Both the position numbers and the translations under genes were made by a program. Shown here in pieces: positions 48,374 to 58,468 of a DNA stretch of 64,000 bases. Position 1 is the first letter of the stretch; each line of letters starts with the position of its first letter. The stretch covers positions 1-64,000 of IMG/VR virus record IMGVR_UViG_3300034073_003631; one strand, given 5' to 3'. The stretch comes from an uncultured virus (IMG/VR IMGVR_UViG_3300034073_003631). Its lineage: Duplodnaviria > Heunggongvirae > Uroviricota > Caudoviricetes. The notes below the pieces were generated by a model. The model saw only the letters and a list, made by a program, of their open reading frames with translations, did not search any database and was not told the DNA's origin.

Positions 48374-49539
48374 AAAAACAAATGAATGAGGCTAGGGGTG
48401 TCCCAGCAGGCATCACTAATTATGCCACAAAAATATTTAATGATGTATTAGAAAAATTAAAAAGTAATAAATTTAAAAGACAATCTCCATTTGATACGTA
48501 TAGTGCAGTTGTAGATGCACCAGGTAAATTCTTAAAAGATGATAAACCAGTTCAAATTAGTAAAATAAAGGTTAATATAAATTTTGACTTTTATCCTAGT
48601 TCTGATATAAAAAAAATAATAGCAGCCAACCCCAAAGTTAAAACAAAAACAGATAAATTATTATTGACTGGTTTGGGTATGGAGTTTTTTTTAACAAAAG
48701 ACTTAACAAAAAATTATAACTTAAAAGTTGCTTCAACTGAAAACCCAATTTTACATATTAATTTTGTAGCAAGTGAAGATTTAAATGATATTGAAAATAA
48801 TGTGTATAAGTTATTAAATGATAATTATGATACTTTTTTAAGTACATTTGGTCATGAAATTCAACATCATATTAATATGGAGGCAAAAGGGGAAGATGAT
48901 ATAGCATTACGAACAAAATATAGAGTAGTTTCAAATCCAAGTGATGTTACAGAGTATAAATCATTAAGTGATTTTGTATTTAATTTATATTATCTTTCAC
49001 TAATTGAAAATATTGTTAGACCTACTGAGTTAAAAACTACATTAGATAATAAAAAGGTAACAAAAAAACAATTTCAACAAGTTTATTATGATTCTGAAAT
49101 GTATCATAAATTTGAGATATGTGAGAATACAACATATGAAAAATTATGCAATGAATTGCTAAAAGATTTAGAAAAATCTTTACCGCCTATAATATTTAAA
49201 CATAAAACTAAATCTGAGATTATAGAAATAATGTTAACAAAAACCTTTATTAATATGATTGATGAAGGTGCAAGTTTTTTGAAAATGGCTATTTTTGATA
49301 AAATGCCTAATGCTCCCATAGATGAAATAGATAGTGTTTTTAACAACAAATTTGAAGTTTTTTTGAAAAAACATATGTTTATCAAATACAAACCAAGTAA
49401 GGATATATATGGTGAAAAGGATTTAGATGTTGAAAAAACATATAGATCCTTAATAAAAGACATGAATATTACAGCAACTAAAATGAAGAAAAAAATTGCT
49501 AAATTATATGAAGATTTACCATATGAGTATGAGAATTAA
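48370..49539 (+). CDS. HExxH-motif protein, copy A
   Basis: FGHEIQHH...ENIVRPTE; paralog of 49698-50816. Confidence 0.75.
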   Translation: MKKQMNEARGVPAGITNYATKIFNDVLEKLKSNKFKRQSPFDTYSAVVDAPGKFLKDDKPVQISKIKVNINFDFYPSSDIKKIIAANPKVKTKTDKLLLTGLGMEFFLTKDLTKNYNLKVASTENPILHINFVASEDLNDIENNVYKLLNDNYDTFLSTFGHEIQHHINMEAKGEDDIALRTKYRVVSNPSDVTEYKSLSDFVFNLYYLSLIENIVRPTELKTTLDNKKVTKKQFQQVYYDSEMYHKFEICENTTYEKLCNELLKDLEKSLPPIIFKHKTKSEIIEIMLTKTFINMIDEGASFLKMAIFDKMPNAPIDEIDSVFNNKFEVFLKKHMFIKYKPSKDIYGEKDLDVEKTYRSLIKDMNITATKMKKKIAKLYEDLPYEYEN

Positions 49540-49575
49540 AAAATAAATTGTATTTTTGCAAAAAAAACAAAAGAT

Positions 49576-49701
49576 ATGTACATTGTTAACATTAGAATAC
49601 CAGATGATTTGAAAGGTAAAGTAAAGATAAACTTACCTGAACAAATAAAGATAAGAGAAACTAAAGAAAAAAGTTTGAAAGTAGAAATAACCAAATCATG
49701 A
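49576..49701 (+). CDS. 41-aa small protein, copy A (not in ORF track)
   Basis: MYIVNIRIPDDLKGKVKINLPEQIKIRETKEKSLKVEITKS*; TAnnTTTG upstream; conserved paralog at 50848. Confidence 0.7.
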   Translation: MYIVNIRIPDDLKGKVKINLPEQIKIRETKEKSLKVEITKS

Positions 49702-50816
49702 GAAAACAAATGAATGAGGCTAGGGGAGTTCCAGAGGGACTTACTAGTTATGCAAAAAAAATATTAGATAAATTTTTAGAAGATTTAAATAGCCCTTTTC
49801 CTAATAAAACCACAGTTGTTAATATACCAGGTACTTTTTTTAAAAATGATAAAACACTTCAAATTAATGATGTAAGTGTTCTTATAAATTTAAAATTTTA
49901 TACTAGCCAGCAAATTAAGGCAATTGTAAAGGCTAACCCCCATATTAAAGAAAAAAGTGATGAATTACTGTTGAGTAGTTTAGGTATGCGGTTTGACATA
50001 GACAATAACCTAACAAAAAATTATAATTTAAAAATTTTCAAGAGTGAAAGTCCAACTATTACTATTAATTTTTTAGCAAGTAGAGATATACAAGAAGTTT
50101 ATAAAAAGATATACATAATATTAAAAGATAATTACGCTAGATTTTTAGATTCATTTGGACATGAACTTAAGCATTTTATTGATAACCAATTAAAAGTTGA
50201 AAAGGATATAGCATTAAGCGCAAAGTATCAAGTAGTTTCACAGGCAAGAAATTTTACTGATAGTCAAACATTAATTGATTTTTTCTTTGATGTATATTAC
50301 CTTTCATCAATTGAAAATCTTGTTAGACCTTCTGAGTTAAAAACAAAATTGGATAATGAGAATATAACAAAAAAAGATTTTAAGGAAATTTATTATAATT
50401 CTAAAATGTATAAAAAGTTTGATTTTTGTCAAAATATGACATATGAAAAATTATACAATAATTTGGGGGAAGAGTTAGCAACAAAAGTATCCCCTGAAAA
50501 ATTTAGTAAATCTAAAGATAAACTTATATCAAATGAATTAAGTAAAACCATAAGAAAAATGATTGCTAGTGGTAAAGATTACTTAAAAACAATGATTCCT
50601 ATCTCAAAAGGGGATATATCTATAACAAATGCTTATTTAAGCAAGTTTAAGAGTTTTTTAAAAAATCATTTATTTATTAAATATGCTTCAAATCAGGTTA
50701 TAGATACAGAAAAAACATATAGAGCAATAATAAAAGATATGAATGCTACAGCAATTAAAATGAAGAAAAAAATTGCTAAATTATATGAAGATGTGCCAGA
50801 TAATTATGAATCATAA
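49698..50816 (+). CDS. HExxH-motif protein, copy B
   Basis: FGHELKHF...ENLVRPSE; shares N-terminal KQMNEARGVP and C-terminal KMKKKIAKLYED with copy A. Confidence 0.75.
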   Translation: MRKQMNEARGVPEGLTSYAKKILDKFLEDLNSPFPNKTTVVNIPGTFFKNDKTLQINDVSVLINLKFYTSQQIKAIVKANPHIKEKSDELLLSSLGMRFDIDNNLTKNYNLKIFKSESPTITINFLASRDIQEVYKKIYIILKDNYARFLDSFGHELKHFIDNQLKVEKDIALSAKYQVVSQARNFTDSQTLIDFFFDVYYLSSIENLVRPSELKTKLDNENITKKDFKEIYYNSKMYKKFDFCQNMTYEKLYNNLGEELATKVSPEKFSKSKDKLISNELSKTIRKMIASGKDYLKTMIPISKGDISITNAYLSKFKSFLKNHLFIKYASNQVIDTEKTYRAIIKDMNATAIKMKKKIAKLYEDVPDNYES

Positions 50817-50847
50817 AAAATAAATTATATCTTTGTCAAAAAAAAAT

Positions 50848-50964
50848 ATGGATATCAATAACATTAAAATTCCTGATGCTTTGAAAGGTAAAATAAAGAT
50901 AAACTTACCTGATGAAATCAAGATAAAAGAAACTGAAGAAAAAACTTTGAAAGTAAAAAAATAG
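50848..50964 (+). CDS. 38-aa small protein, copy B (not in ORF track)
   Basis: MDINNIKIPDALKGKIKINLPDEIKIKETEEKTLKVKK*. Confidence 0.7.
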   Translation: MDINNIKIPDALKGKIKINLPDEIKIKETEEKTLKVKK

Positions 50965-51008
50965 TCTGTATCTTTGCTTAAACTTAATCACTAAATAAAA
51001 CCACAACT

Positions 51009-52067
51009 ATGAGATATGATTTAGATGTTTTGAACAAGTATGTGGAAGATGGGTTGTTAATGAGAGCAAAACACAAATTATACCCATTGTATATCTATAA
51101 TTATACTAGAACTGTTCAGTATGGTAATTTGTGGGATGATGTTACCATAAATTTTAGAGGAACTATATTGGATGAAGATGGTAATTTAGTTGCTAAAAGT
51201 TTCCCAAAATTTAAAAACTTTGAGGAACACTCTGCTGATGAATTACCAAATGAAGATTTCAACATCTATGAGAAAATGGATGGATCTTTGGGTATAGTAT
51301 ATTTCTATGACAACAAGTGGAATATGGCAACTAGGGGATCTTTTAACTCTGACCAGGCTATAAAAGGTTTGGAAATATTGAATAGATATGACTTATCCTT
51401 GTTGGATGTAAATTATACTTACTTATTTGAAATATTATATCCTGAAAATGTTATAGTTGTCCGCTACAATGAAGAGAAATTAGTTTTATTAGCAAAATAC
51501 AATGTTATAACTGGTGAAGAAGGTGATGTTCAAACTGAATATTACAAAGCAAATTTTGATGTTGTTAATTGCTATAATAATTTACCAAATAACTTTGCAG
51601 ATTTAAAGAGGGGTATAGAGGACAACAAAGAAGGTTATGTATTACGCTTCAAAAATGGAATGAGGGTTAAGATAAAGGGTGAACAATATGTTAGACTTCA
51701 CAAAATATTAACTAATATATCTAATATGGATATATGGTTATCTTTGAAAAATGGTGAAGATTTATCTTTATTATTGGATGCTATACCAGATGAAATGGAC
51801 AATAATGTTAGGGATTTTGTTGACTTCTTGAAAATAAACTATAATGTTGTATATGATACTGCATTAGATTTTTATGAGAACTTGTTAAATGAAAATGAAA
51901 TAAATTCCAAAAAAGATTTTGCTTTATTAATAAAGGATTTAGACCCAAAAAATAAATCTTTGTTGTTTGCATTTTGGGATAAAAAAAGATATGAGGATAT
52001 AATATGGAATATAGTAAAACCAGATGAATATTCTTTATTGTCTAAATTAGAACTTAATGAATCATAA
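51009..52067 (+). CDS. RNA ligase (T4 Rnl1-like)
   Basis: FPKFKN, motif I EKMDGS, ATRGSF, FEI, EGYVL and VKIK. Confidence 0.9.
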   Translation: MRYDLDVLNKYVEDGLLMRAKHKLYPLYIYNYTRTVQYGNLWDDVTINFRGTILDEDGNLVAKSFPKFKNFEEHSADELPNEDFNIYEKMDGSLGIVYFYDNKWNMATRGSFNSDQAIKGLEILNRYDLSLLDVNYTYLFEILYPENVIVVRYNEEKLVLLAKYNVITGEEGDVQTEYYKANFDVVNCYNNLPNNFADLKRGIEDNKEGYVLRFKNGMRVKIKGEQYVRLHKILTNISNMDIWLSLKNGEDLSLLLDAIPDEMDNNVRDFVDFLKINYNVVYDTALDFYENLLNENEINSKKDFALLIKDLDPKNKSLLFAFWDKKRYEDIIWNIVKPDEYSLLSKLELNES

Positions 52068-52185
52068 AATACCAGAGTTTAAGGTCTTAGTTGTAAGAAG
52101 TTGGTTTACCAAAGACAATGCTAATTCTAATATATCTGATTTAGTATCTGTCTTTGGTTTTAGATTAATAAAAAATGAAATATAA
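52057..52185 (+). CDS. 42-aa ORF, possibly a gene remnant
   Basis: MNHKIPEFKVLVVRSWFTKD...; overlaps the ligase stop and is TAATG-coupled to the next gene. Confidence 0.45.
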   Translation: MNHKIPEFKVLVVRSWFTKDNANSNISDLVSVFGFRLIKNEI

Positions 52186-52820
52186 TGGCTTATTTGAATG
52201 CAAACATACCAACTATTACTTGTCTAATTAGGAATGAATTTTTATTCAATCATAAATCAGGCTTTAATGAATATACCCCAGCTGATGTACATTCAGTTGC
52301 ATCTATTCAAAAGAGAGTTCCATTATTTGAAGCATTTTTAGACAACGGAGTAAATTGGACCCGTAGGCCTATTCACTCCTTTGTATGGAAGGAAGGGGCA
52401 GAAGTATTACCTTTATCTGAACATATGTATTGGGATTGTTTCTCGTCATATATAGATGTAAATGTAAGAGAAAGGTTAGCAGGTCTTAGAGCTGACTTAA
52501 TATCAATAACTGGTGTTAAACGTTTAGGAACATATATGTTTACACTTGATTGGTCACATGAAAATAGAAATGTTATTGATACTAATTTTTCTGAAACCCC
52601 AGAACATAAATGTGGGCATCTTTTTAAGATGGATAATGGGAACTATTTCATATATCCAAACAATAGAATTATTTGGATGGATACCGCTTGGACTTATAAT
52701 AGGATAGACAAAAATCCTGGGTATAAGATAGATATGAATGTCTATTCAGTAGAAAATATGAGTGGATATGCAACAGATTATAATTATATAACTAATTTTA
52801 CAAAAGATGGAAAAGACTGA
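52185..52820 (+). CDS. Hypothetical phage protein
   Basis: 211 aa; WDCFS, YMFTLDW, EHKCGH and YPNNR motifs. Confidence 0.75.
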   Translation: MAYLNANIPTITCLIRNEFLFNHKSGFNEYTPADVHSVASIQKRVPLFEAFLDNGVNWTRRPIHSFVWKEGAEVLPLSEHMYWDCFSSYIDVNVRERLAGLRADLISITGVKRLGTYMFTLDWSHENRNVIDTNFSETPEHKCGHLFKMDNGNYFIYPNNRIIWMDTAWTYNRIDKNPGYKIDMNVYSVENMSGYATDYNYITNFTKDGKD

Positions 52821-53214
52821 TATTATATATAATATATTAAATAATACAAAATTAAAATTAAAACCATCTAAGGTATGCAATGGAGTTGGTGTATTTAGTA
52901 TTTGCAAAATAAAAAAAGATGAGAAACTATTTTCAGATGTAACTGTTGATACAATGTATATATCTTGGGATGATCTTAAAGGTATTCCTAAATCTACTGA
53001 ATCCTATTTAAGAACTATAGCAAACGTTGCTGATGGGGGGATTTATTTGTCAAGAACACCTAATAACATAAATCTATCATATTATGTAAATCATTCAAAT
53101 AAGCCAAATGTTTTTCACAACTTAGATACAGATGAATTTTATGCTATATGTGATATTGATGAAGATGAAGAAATTTTATGCACTTACACTGATTTAGAAA
53201 TTGATTGGGAATAG
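52807..53214 (+). CDS. SET domain protein (lysine methyltransferase-like)
   Basis: GVGVFS, YVNHSNKPN and DIDEDEEILCTY. Confidence 0.88.
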   Translation: MEKTDIIYNILNNTKLKLKPSKVCNGVGVFSICKIKKDEKLFSDVTVDTMYISWDDLKGIPKSTESYLRTIANVADGGIYLSRTPNNINLSYYVNHSNKPNVFHNLDTDEFYAICDIDEDEEILCTYTDLEIDWE

Positions 53215-53248
53215 GTATTATGATATTTAACACAAAAAAACTAAAAAT

Positions 53249-53527
53249 ATGGATAACTTTAGATTAGGTAAGGAAATAAATATAACTGGATTAAGCAAGA
53301 AAAGCACAATTAGTGTTCCTTATCATATTCTTGAACATACCTTTGGAGTGCCAACCATTATTGAAGATAATAATTATGCAATCTGGAAATTAAGGTTTGA
53401 GGATACAGAAGAATCTATTGCAATACTAAATGATAATGAGAATTATCTTGAAACAAATAAATGGTTTGTTAAAGCACATAATTCAAAGGGTATTGAAAGA
53501 GTAAAAAACATTTTATCAAGTATTTAA
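53249..53527 (+). CDS. Hypothetical protein
   Basis: 92-aa ORF. Confidence 0.65.
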   Translation: MDNFRLGKEINITGLSKKSTISVPYHILEHTFGVPTIIEDNNYAIWKLRFEDTEESIAILNDNENYLETNKWFVKAHNSKGIERVKNILSSI

Positions 53528-53590
53528 TGGTATAAGTTGTTTTTTTAAAAAAACATTCTTATCTTTGTAGAGTAATAAAAAAGCAAACAT

Positions 53591-53749
53591 ATGAAGAATC
53601 CATTAAAAGTTTGTACATGCACACAGTGCAAAGCAAGTAAGCAGAGAATGAATAGTGCTTATAAAAAAAAGATGAGAATTTTATTAAATAAAAAATTAAG
53701 AAGAATGGACTTTGAAAATCCAAAGTACATAAACTTCTACTACGCATAG
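53591..53749 (+). CDS. 52-aa basic CxCxxC protein (not in ORF track)
   Basis: MKNPLKVCTCTQCKASKQRMNSAYKKKMRILLNKKLRRMDFENPKYINFYYA*, between a TATCTTTG promoter and the tRNAs. Confidence 0.6.
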   Translation: MKNPLKVCTCTQCKASKQRMNSAYKKKMRILLNKKLRRMDFENPKYINFYYA

Positions 53750-53758
53750 AAGAGACAT

Positions 53759-53833
53759 CGCAGGGTCGTATAAGGGTTAGTATATTGGGCTCATAACCCA
53801 GAGATATAGGTTCGAGTCCTATCTCTGCAACCA
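53759..53833 (+). tRNA. tRNA-Met(CAT), initiator-type
   Basis: C1:A72 mismatch, GGG/CCC anticodon stem around CTCATAA, GGTTCGAGTCC T-arm and encoded CCA. Confidence 0.9.
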
Positions 53834-53840
53834 GTTAAAA

Positions 53841-53914
53841 TAGGATGTGGCGCAATCCGGTAGCGCACTTGCTTTGGGAGTAAGTAGTTGCAGGTTCAAA
53901 TCCTGTCATCCTAA
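53841..53914 (+). tRNA. tRNA-Pro(TGG)
   Basis: TAGGATG/CATCCTA acceptor stem; CTTGC-TTTGGGA-GTAAG anticodon arm; GGTTCAAATCC; no encoded CCA. Confidence 0.9.
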
Positions 53915-53933
53915 CAAATGTCCCCTAACCTAA

Positions 53934-54344
53934 TTATGGTTGGGGGTTTTTTATTTCATCACCATTTTTTAAATGCGAGTTTGGGAAGAAGTTAAATCTT
54001 GTCTTTTTTGAAATCCATATTAATGTGGGCAATATTGGTAAAGGTAGTGGGACAAACCTGGTGCATATTAGAAAGAATACCTTAACAAGATCCAGGGATT
54101 GGTTTTTTAGGAAGGTTAACTCCTTTACAGTTACACCTTGATTTAAAATGTATTTTTTTAAGATGGAAAATGCAATTATTGTTTCTTCTTTTTCTAACTT
54201 TGTTGAGTCTTGTAATTTCTCCCAATTTTCTTGGATAAAGAAAATGGTTTTATTAAACCAATTTTTTAGTTTTTTTAAACTATCCAAATCATTGATTGAT
54301 TTTACCAAAACATCTAATTGTTTCTTACTAACAATTAACTTCAT
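53934..54344 (-). CDS. Hypothetical protein
   Basis: 136-aa ORF. Confidence 0.65.
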   Translation of the reverse strand: MKLIVSKKQLDVLVKSINDLDSLKKLKNWFNKTIFFIQENWEKLQDSTKLEKEETIIAFSILKKYILNQGVTVKELTFLKNQSLDLVKVFFLICTRFVPLPLPILPTLIWISKKTRFNFFPNSHLKNGDEIKNPQP

Positions 54345-54397
54345 ATTTTCTTTTGTTTTTGAAATGTATTATATTTATAATAATAAATACATATTTT

Positions 54398-55954
54398 ATG
54401 AAAATAATTATAACAGAAAGTCAATTTGGTATCTTAACTGAAAATAAGGCTACTATTGATAATCTTGTGAAAATTGCCAAGCTATCCCAATCTGATGCTG
54501 AATTATTATATTCAGTTGCTGGTAAATTATCTATGTGGTTGGCAAAGAAAATTAAAGACAAAAGGATAAGGTCAAAAATTGAGGATATAACTGGGATAAT
54601 TGATTGGATTAAAACTGGATTAAATGGTAATATACAAACCATTAAGAATGTTGAATTCAATGAATTGGTTAATATGCAAGATAGATGGCACAAATCATTG
54701 AAAGCAAAAGATTATGATTTTGAATATTTTGATGAAAACATACCTGTATTGGATTTTAGGGATGATTCTGGGTTGGGGTATTATTGGGTCAAGTTAAAAA
54801 CCAATCCTTGCACAGAGGAGGCTGAAAGGATGGGGCATTGTGGTAGATCTGGAAAAGGTGATTTATATTCTCTTAGAGTCAATGAGTTAAAAGGTCAAAC
54901 TGGTAAAGTTAGTAATAAATCACTTATCACAGCATCAATTAAGGATGGGGTTGTTTATCAAATGAAGGGTAGATTCAACAAGAAACCAAGTGAAGAATAT
55001 TATGATTACATTATAAAACTTCTATTAAAGAAGAACCCAGATGGAGATTATATGATAAAATCATTTGGTTCAGAATATGCTTCAAAGGAAGATTTTAATG
55101 TTATGGATCTTGATTTCTCAAAGTATGTTGATTTTTTCAAAACTAGAATTGATTTGTTAATATCAGATGAAGTTCTTGAAAATAATGAAAAAAGATTAGA
55201 TAGTTTAGAAAGTGGAACATTGTTTTATGAAAATGAAGATTGTGTTAGACAAGCTGTTTATCAATTCTTGACTAGTTATGAAAAAATGGAAATAAGAGAT
55301 GAGAATAGTAATTTAGAATATGCTAATATTATTTTTAAATTATATGAAGAATCTAATGTTTTACCAAATGAAGAATTTATTGATTTATTAAATAGATATT
55401 TTGAGTTAAAGAATGATAAAGTTGATTTTTTTGATATGAAAATTGAAGAAAGATATGGGGGACATGTTTTTCATTTTGTAAATGAAAATGGTGTAAAAGA
55501 GGAATATGAAATCTTTAAAGAAGAAGATGCAAGAGAAAGAGCAATAACCTCAATTCATGATATTTATGATAATATAGCAGAGTTATTTAGAAATAGAACA
55601 TATTATGAAAATCGTGGAATTGATTTGGATAGTTTTGTTGAAATATCTAAAGATGAAATGATGGAATATATTTCATCTATGGTTTGGGATGATCCCAAAC
55701 ATTTTTTGGATAAAGATGATTATACAGATAAAGAAGTTTATGAATATATTGATAATGAAGTAAATGATTATGAGGAAAATCCAAAAAGTTTTATTCGTGA
55801 TTTTGATATCGATGAAACTAGTTATTTTAATAGAGATAAATTTGATGAAGCCATTTTTGAACATGATGGGTATTCCACATTAGCATATTATGATGGTGAA
55901 TGGGTAGAAATAAGAGTTTGTGATGAAACATATATAACATATAGAACTGAATAA
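54398..55954 (+). CDS. PcfJ-like domain protein (paralog of 33022-34575)
   Basis: EAERMGHC...LYSLR...LITASI...QMKGRFNKKP...FGSEY; start at MKIIITESQ. Confidence 0.72.
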   Translation: MKIIITESQFGILTENKATIDNLVKIAKLSQSDAELLYSVAGKLSMWLAKKIKDKRIRSKIEDITGIIDWIKTGLNGNIQTIKNVEFNELVNMQDRWHKSLKAKDYDFEYFDENIPVLDFRDDSGLGYYWVKLKTNPCTEEAERMGHCGRSGKGDLYSLRVNELKGQTGKVSNKSLITASIKDGVVYQMKGRFNKKPSEEYYDYIIKLLLKKNPDGDYMIKSFGSEYASKEDFNVMDLDFSKYVDFFKTRIDLLISDEVLENNEKRLDSLESGTLFYENEDCVRQAVYQFLTSYEKMEIRDENSNLEYANIIFKLYEESNVLPNEEFIDLLNRYFELKNDKVDFFDMKIEERYGGHVFHFVNENGVKEEYEIFKEEDARERAITSIHDIYDNIAELFRNRTYYENRGIDLDSFVEISKDEMMEYISSMVWDDPKHFLDKDDYTDKEVYEYIDNEVNDYEENPKSFIRDFDIDETSYFNRDKFDEAIFEHDGYSTLAYYDGEWVEIRVCDETYITYRTE

Positions 55955-55958
55955 AGTA

Positions 55959-56555
55959 ATGAAATTAATAGAAATTTTTAAAACACTAATTAATGAGGAA
56001 ACTGATGGTATTACTATTTTTTTAAATAAAATACAAAAAGAGTATGATATATCAGATTCCTTATATACTGAATTGATGAATTTCATTGAGAAATCTAATT
56101 GTCAAAAAATAGAGTTTGCAAAATTCAATTATCCTGCCCTTGGATTGGCCTTACATAATGGTGTTATGATAAACTCAACTATGGTTGGTGGGAGTTTAAA
56201 TTTTTTGGTTTTTGTTATTTTCCATGAGATAGCACATCAATTCCAGTTTAAGAAATATGGTGATAAGATTATGTATGGTGTTTATTCTGGTGATGTTAGT
56301 ATTGATGAGGCTGCCAAATTTATGAAACACACAGAAGAGGTTGCTGATGAATTTGCTATGAGGAAGATAAGGGAGTTGCAGAAAAAAGGATTAATAGATG
56401 ATAAGTATAAACCAGCATCACAATATAAGAATGTATCAATTCACTCAATAAAAAGTATGATAAGTGGTTTTAGAAAACAATTAGAAAATCAAAACTTATC
56501 ATCCCCTACTGAAATTAGTAAATTTTTCTATAATCTAGTTAAAAGTAAAATGTAA
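55959..56555 (+). CDS. HExxH zincin-like protein
   Basis: FHEIAHQ...EEVADEFA. Confidence 0.7.
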   Translation: MKLIEIFKTLINEETDGITIFLNKIQKEYDISDSLYTELMNFIEKSNCQKIEFAKFNYPALGLALHNGVMINSTMVGGSLNFLVFVIFHEIAHQFQFKKYGDKIMYGVYSGDVSIDEAAKFMKHTEEVADEFAMRKIRELQKKGLIDDKYKPASQYKNVSIHSIKSMISGFRKQLENQNLSSPTEISKFFYNLVKSKM

Positions 56556-56559
56556 TAAT

Positions 56560-56862
56560 ATGCTTAATGTATTTAAATTTTTCAATCAAAAAAATAATAA
56601 CATAATCTTAAATGATTACATTGGTGAATATAAAGCTGATGATGGTAGAACTGGAAAATTATATGTGGAGGGTGATAAAATAAAGTTCACATATGATGGA
56701 AAGACAATAACCTTCAATCCAGAAGCTGAAGCAGACACTTTTAAAATAAGTTATTTCCCCTTTAAAGGGTTGGCAATATTCTCAAGGGATGGTAAGGGTA
56801 AAATAAAAGAGGTTAAGGCTGAATTGGCAGGGTATATCATAAATGCCAAAAAGATTGCTTAA
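56560..56862 (+). CDS. Hypothetical protein
   Basis: 100-aa ORF. Confidence 0.65.
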   Translation: MLNVFKFFNQKNNNIILNDYIGEYKADDGRTGKLYVEGDKIKFTYDGKTITFNPEAEADTFKISYFPFKGLAIFSRDGKGKIKEVKAELAGYIINAKKIA

Positions 56863-56937
56863 ATTTAATTTATGTGCCAAATTAGTTGTGTTTTTGATTA
56901 ATGTTTCTTATCATTGTTAAGAACAAAATAATCAAAG

Positions 56938-57798
56938 ATGAAAAGTGAAGGCATTAATGTTTTAAGTTTATTTGATGGAATGTCTTGTGGACAAATTGCA
57001 TTAAATAGGCTTGGTATAAAGATATCAAAGTATTATGCATCTGAAATAGATAAAGCACCAATAAAGGTGACACAGCATAATTATCCAGACACAATCCAGG
57101 TTGGGGATGTTACCAAAGTAAAGGGTGATGATTTACCGCAAATTGATTTGTTAATTGGGGGTAGTCCATGTCAAGGGTTCTCTTTTGCTGGAAAGAAACT
57201 TAATTTTGAGGATCCAAGAAGTATTCTATTCTTTGAGTTTGTTAGGTTGCTTGATGAATGTAAACCTACATATTTTCTATTGGAGAATGTGAAGATGAAG
57301 AAAGAATGGCAAGATGTCATTAGTGATTTGTTGGGGGTTCAACCAATGAGGATTAATAGTTCAAAATTTACAGCAGCAAAGAGAGATAGGTTATATTGGA
57401 CAAATATCCCAAATATTTCTGAACCTATTGATAAGGAAATATCATTTGATGATATTAATTCAAATATTGATGAATGGATTGAACCTGAAAGGATTGAAAA
57501 AATTGCTGCCTGGAAGGCACAACAAAAACCTTTAAAAAATGCCACATTTATTGGAAGAAAATCAAAATTGCCTTGTTTGACAGCAAGGGGATATAACCAA
57601 TATCATAGTGGAATGATATTGATAACAGATGGTGAGAAGTATAGGTATTTAACCAATGAAGAAGCAGAGATGGCACAAGGTGTTCCTGTTGGCTACACAT
57701 CTATATGTAATGATAGAGAAAGAAGCCATATGCTTGGGAATGGGTGGACAGTTGATGTAATTGCTCATATATTTTCACCACTAAAAAATGAATTATGA
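56938..57798 (+). CDS. DNA (cytosine-5)-methyltransferase
   Basis: LFDG, GGSPCQGFS, ENV, RDRLYW and LGNGW motifs. Confidence 0.93.
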   Translation: MKSEGINVLSLFDGMSCGQIALNRLGIKISKYYASEIDKAPIKVTQHNYPDTIQVGDVTKVKGDDLPQIDLLIGGSPCQGFSFAGKKLNFEDPRSILFFEFVRLLDECKPTYFLLENVKMKKEWQDVISDLLGVQPMRINSSKFTAAKRDRLYWTNIPNISEPIDKEISFDDINSNIDEWIEPERIEKIAAWKAQQKPLKNATFIGRKSKLPCLTARGYNQYHSGMILITDGEKYRYLTNEEAEMAQGVPVGYTSICNDRERSHMLGNGWTVDVIAHIFSPLKNEL

Positions 57799-58433
57799 AT
57801 ATATTAGAATTATTTGCTGGAAGTAGATCCATTGGTAAAGTTGGTGATAAATTGGGAATGAATGTTTTTTCTGTTGATTGGGAGAAATATGAAGATATTG
57901 ATTTATGTATTGATGTTGCAAAATTGAAGAAAGAGGATATTCCCTTTATACCTGATTTAATCTGGGCATCTCCCGACTGCACAACATATAGTATTGCTGC
58001 TATTTCAACCCATAGAAACAATACTGAACCAAAAAGTGAATATGCCAAAAAATGTGATGCGACAAATCAGCATTTCATATCCTTAATTAAGGAGTGGTTG
58101 GAGATTAATCCTGATATGGTTTTCTTTATTGAGAATCCAAGGGGTATGTTAAGAAAGATGCCCTGGATGCAGGAATTTAAAAGACACACCATATGGTATT
58201 GTGTTTATGGTGATGAAAGAGCTAAGCCAACCGATATATGGACAAATTCAGATAAATGGATTCCAAGACCAGTATGTCATAATGGAAATAAGGAATGTCA
58301 TCATGCACCTGCTCCTAGGGGGTCAAAAACTGGAACACAAGGCAGAAAAGGGTCATATGAAAGGAGTAAAATACCTGAACAATTATGTTATGAGGTATTA
58401 GAATCTCTCAATAAACCTAATATTACACAATAA
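57795..58433 (+). CDS. Short DNA cytosine methyltransferase-like protein
   Basis: ELFAGS, WASPDC and IENP motifs. Confidence 0.8.
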   Translation: MNILELFAGSRSIGKVGDKLGMNVFSVDWEKYEDIDLCIDVAKLKKEDIPFIPDLIWASPDCTTYSIAAISTHRNNTEPKSEYAKKCDATNQHFISLIKEWLEINPDMVFFIENPRGMLRKMPWMQEFKRHTIWYCVYGDERAKPTDIWTNSDKWIPRPVCHNGNKECHHAPAPRGSKTGTQGRKGSYERSKIPEQLCYEVLESLNKPNITQ

Positions 58434-58468
58434 AGTAATTAAGTTTATTGTGCAAAAACAACTTTATT

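Noticed and set aside
53559..53747. Minus-strand 62-aa ORF in the track
   Set aside because: The plus-strand ORF 53591-53749 fits the promoter and tRNA orientation better.
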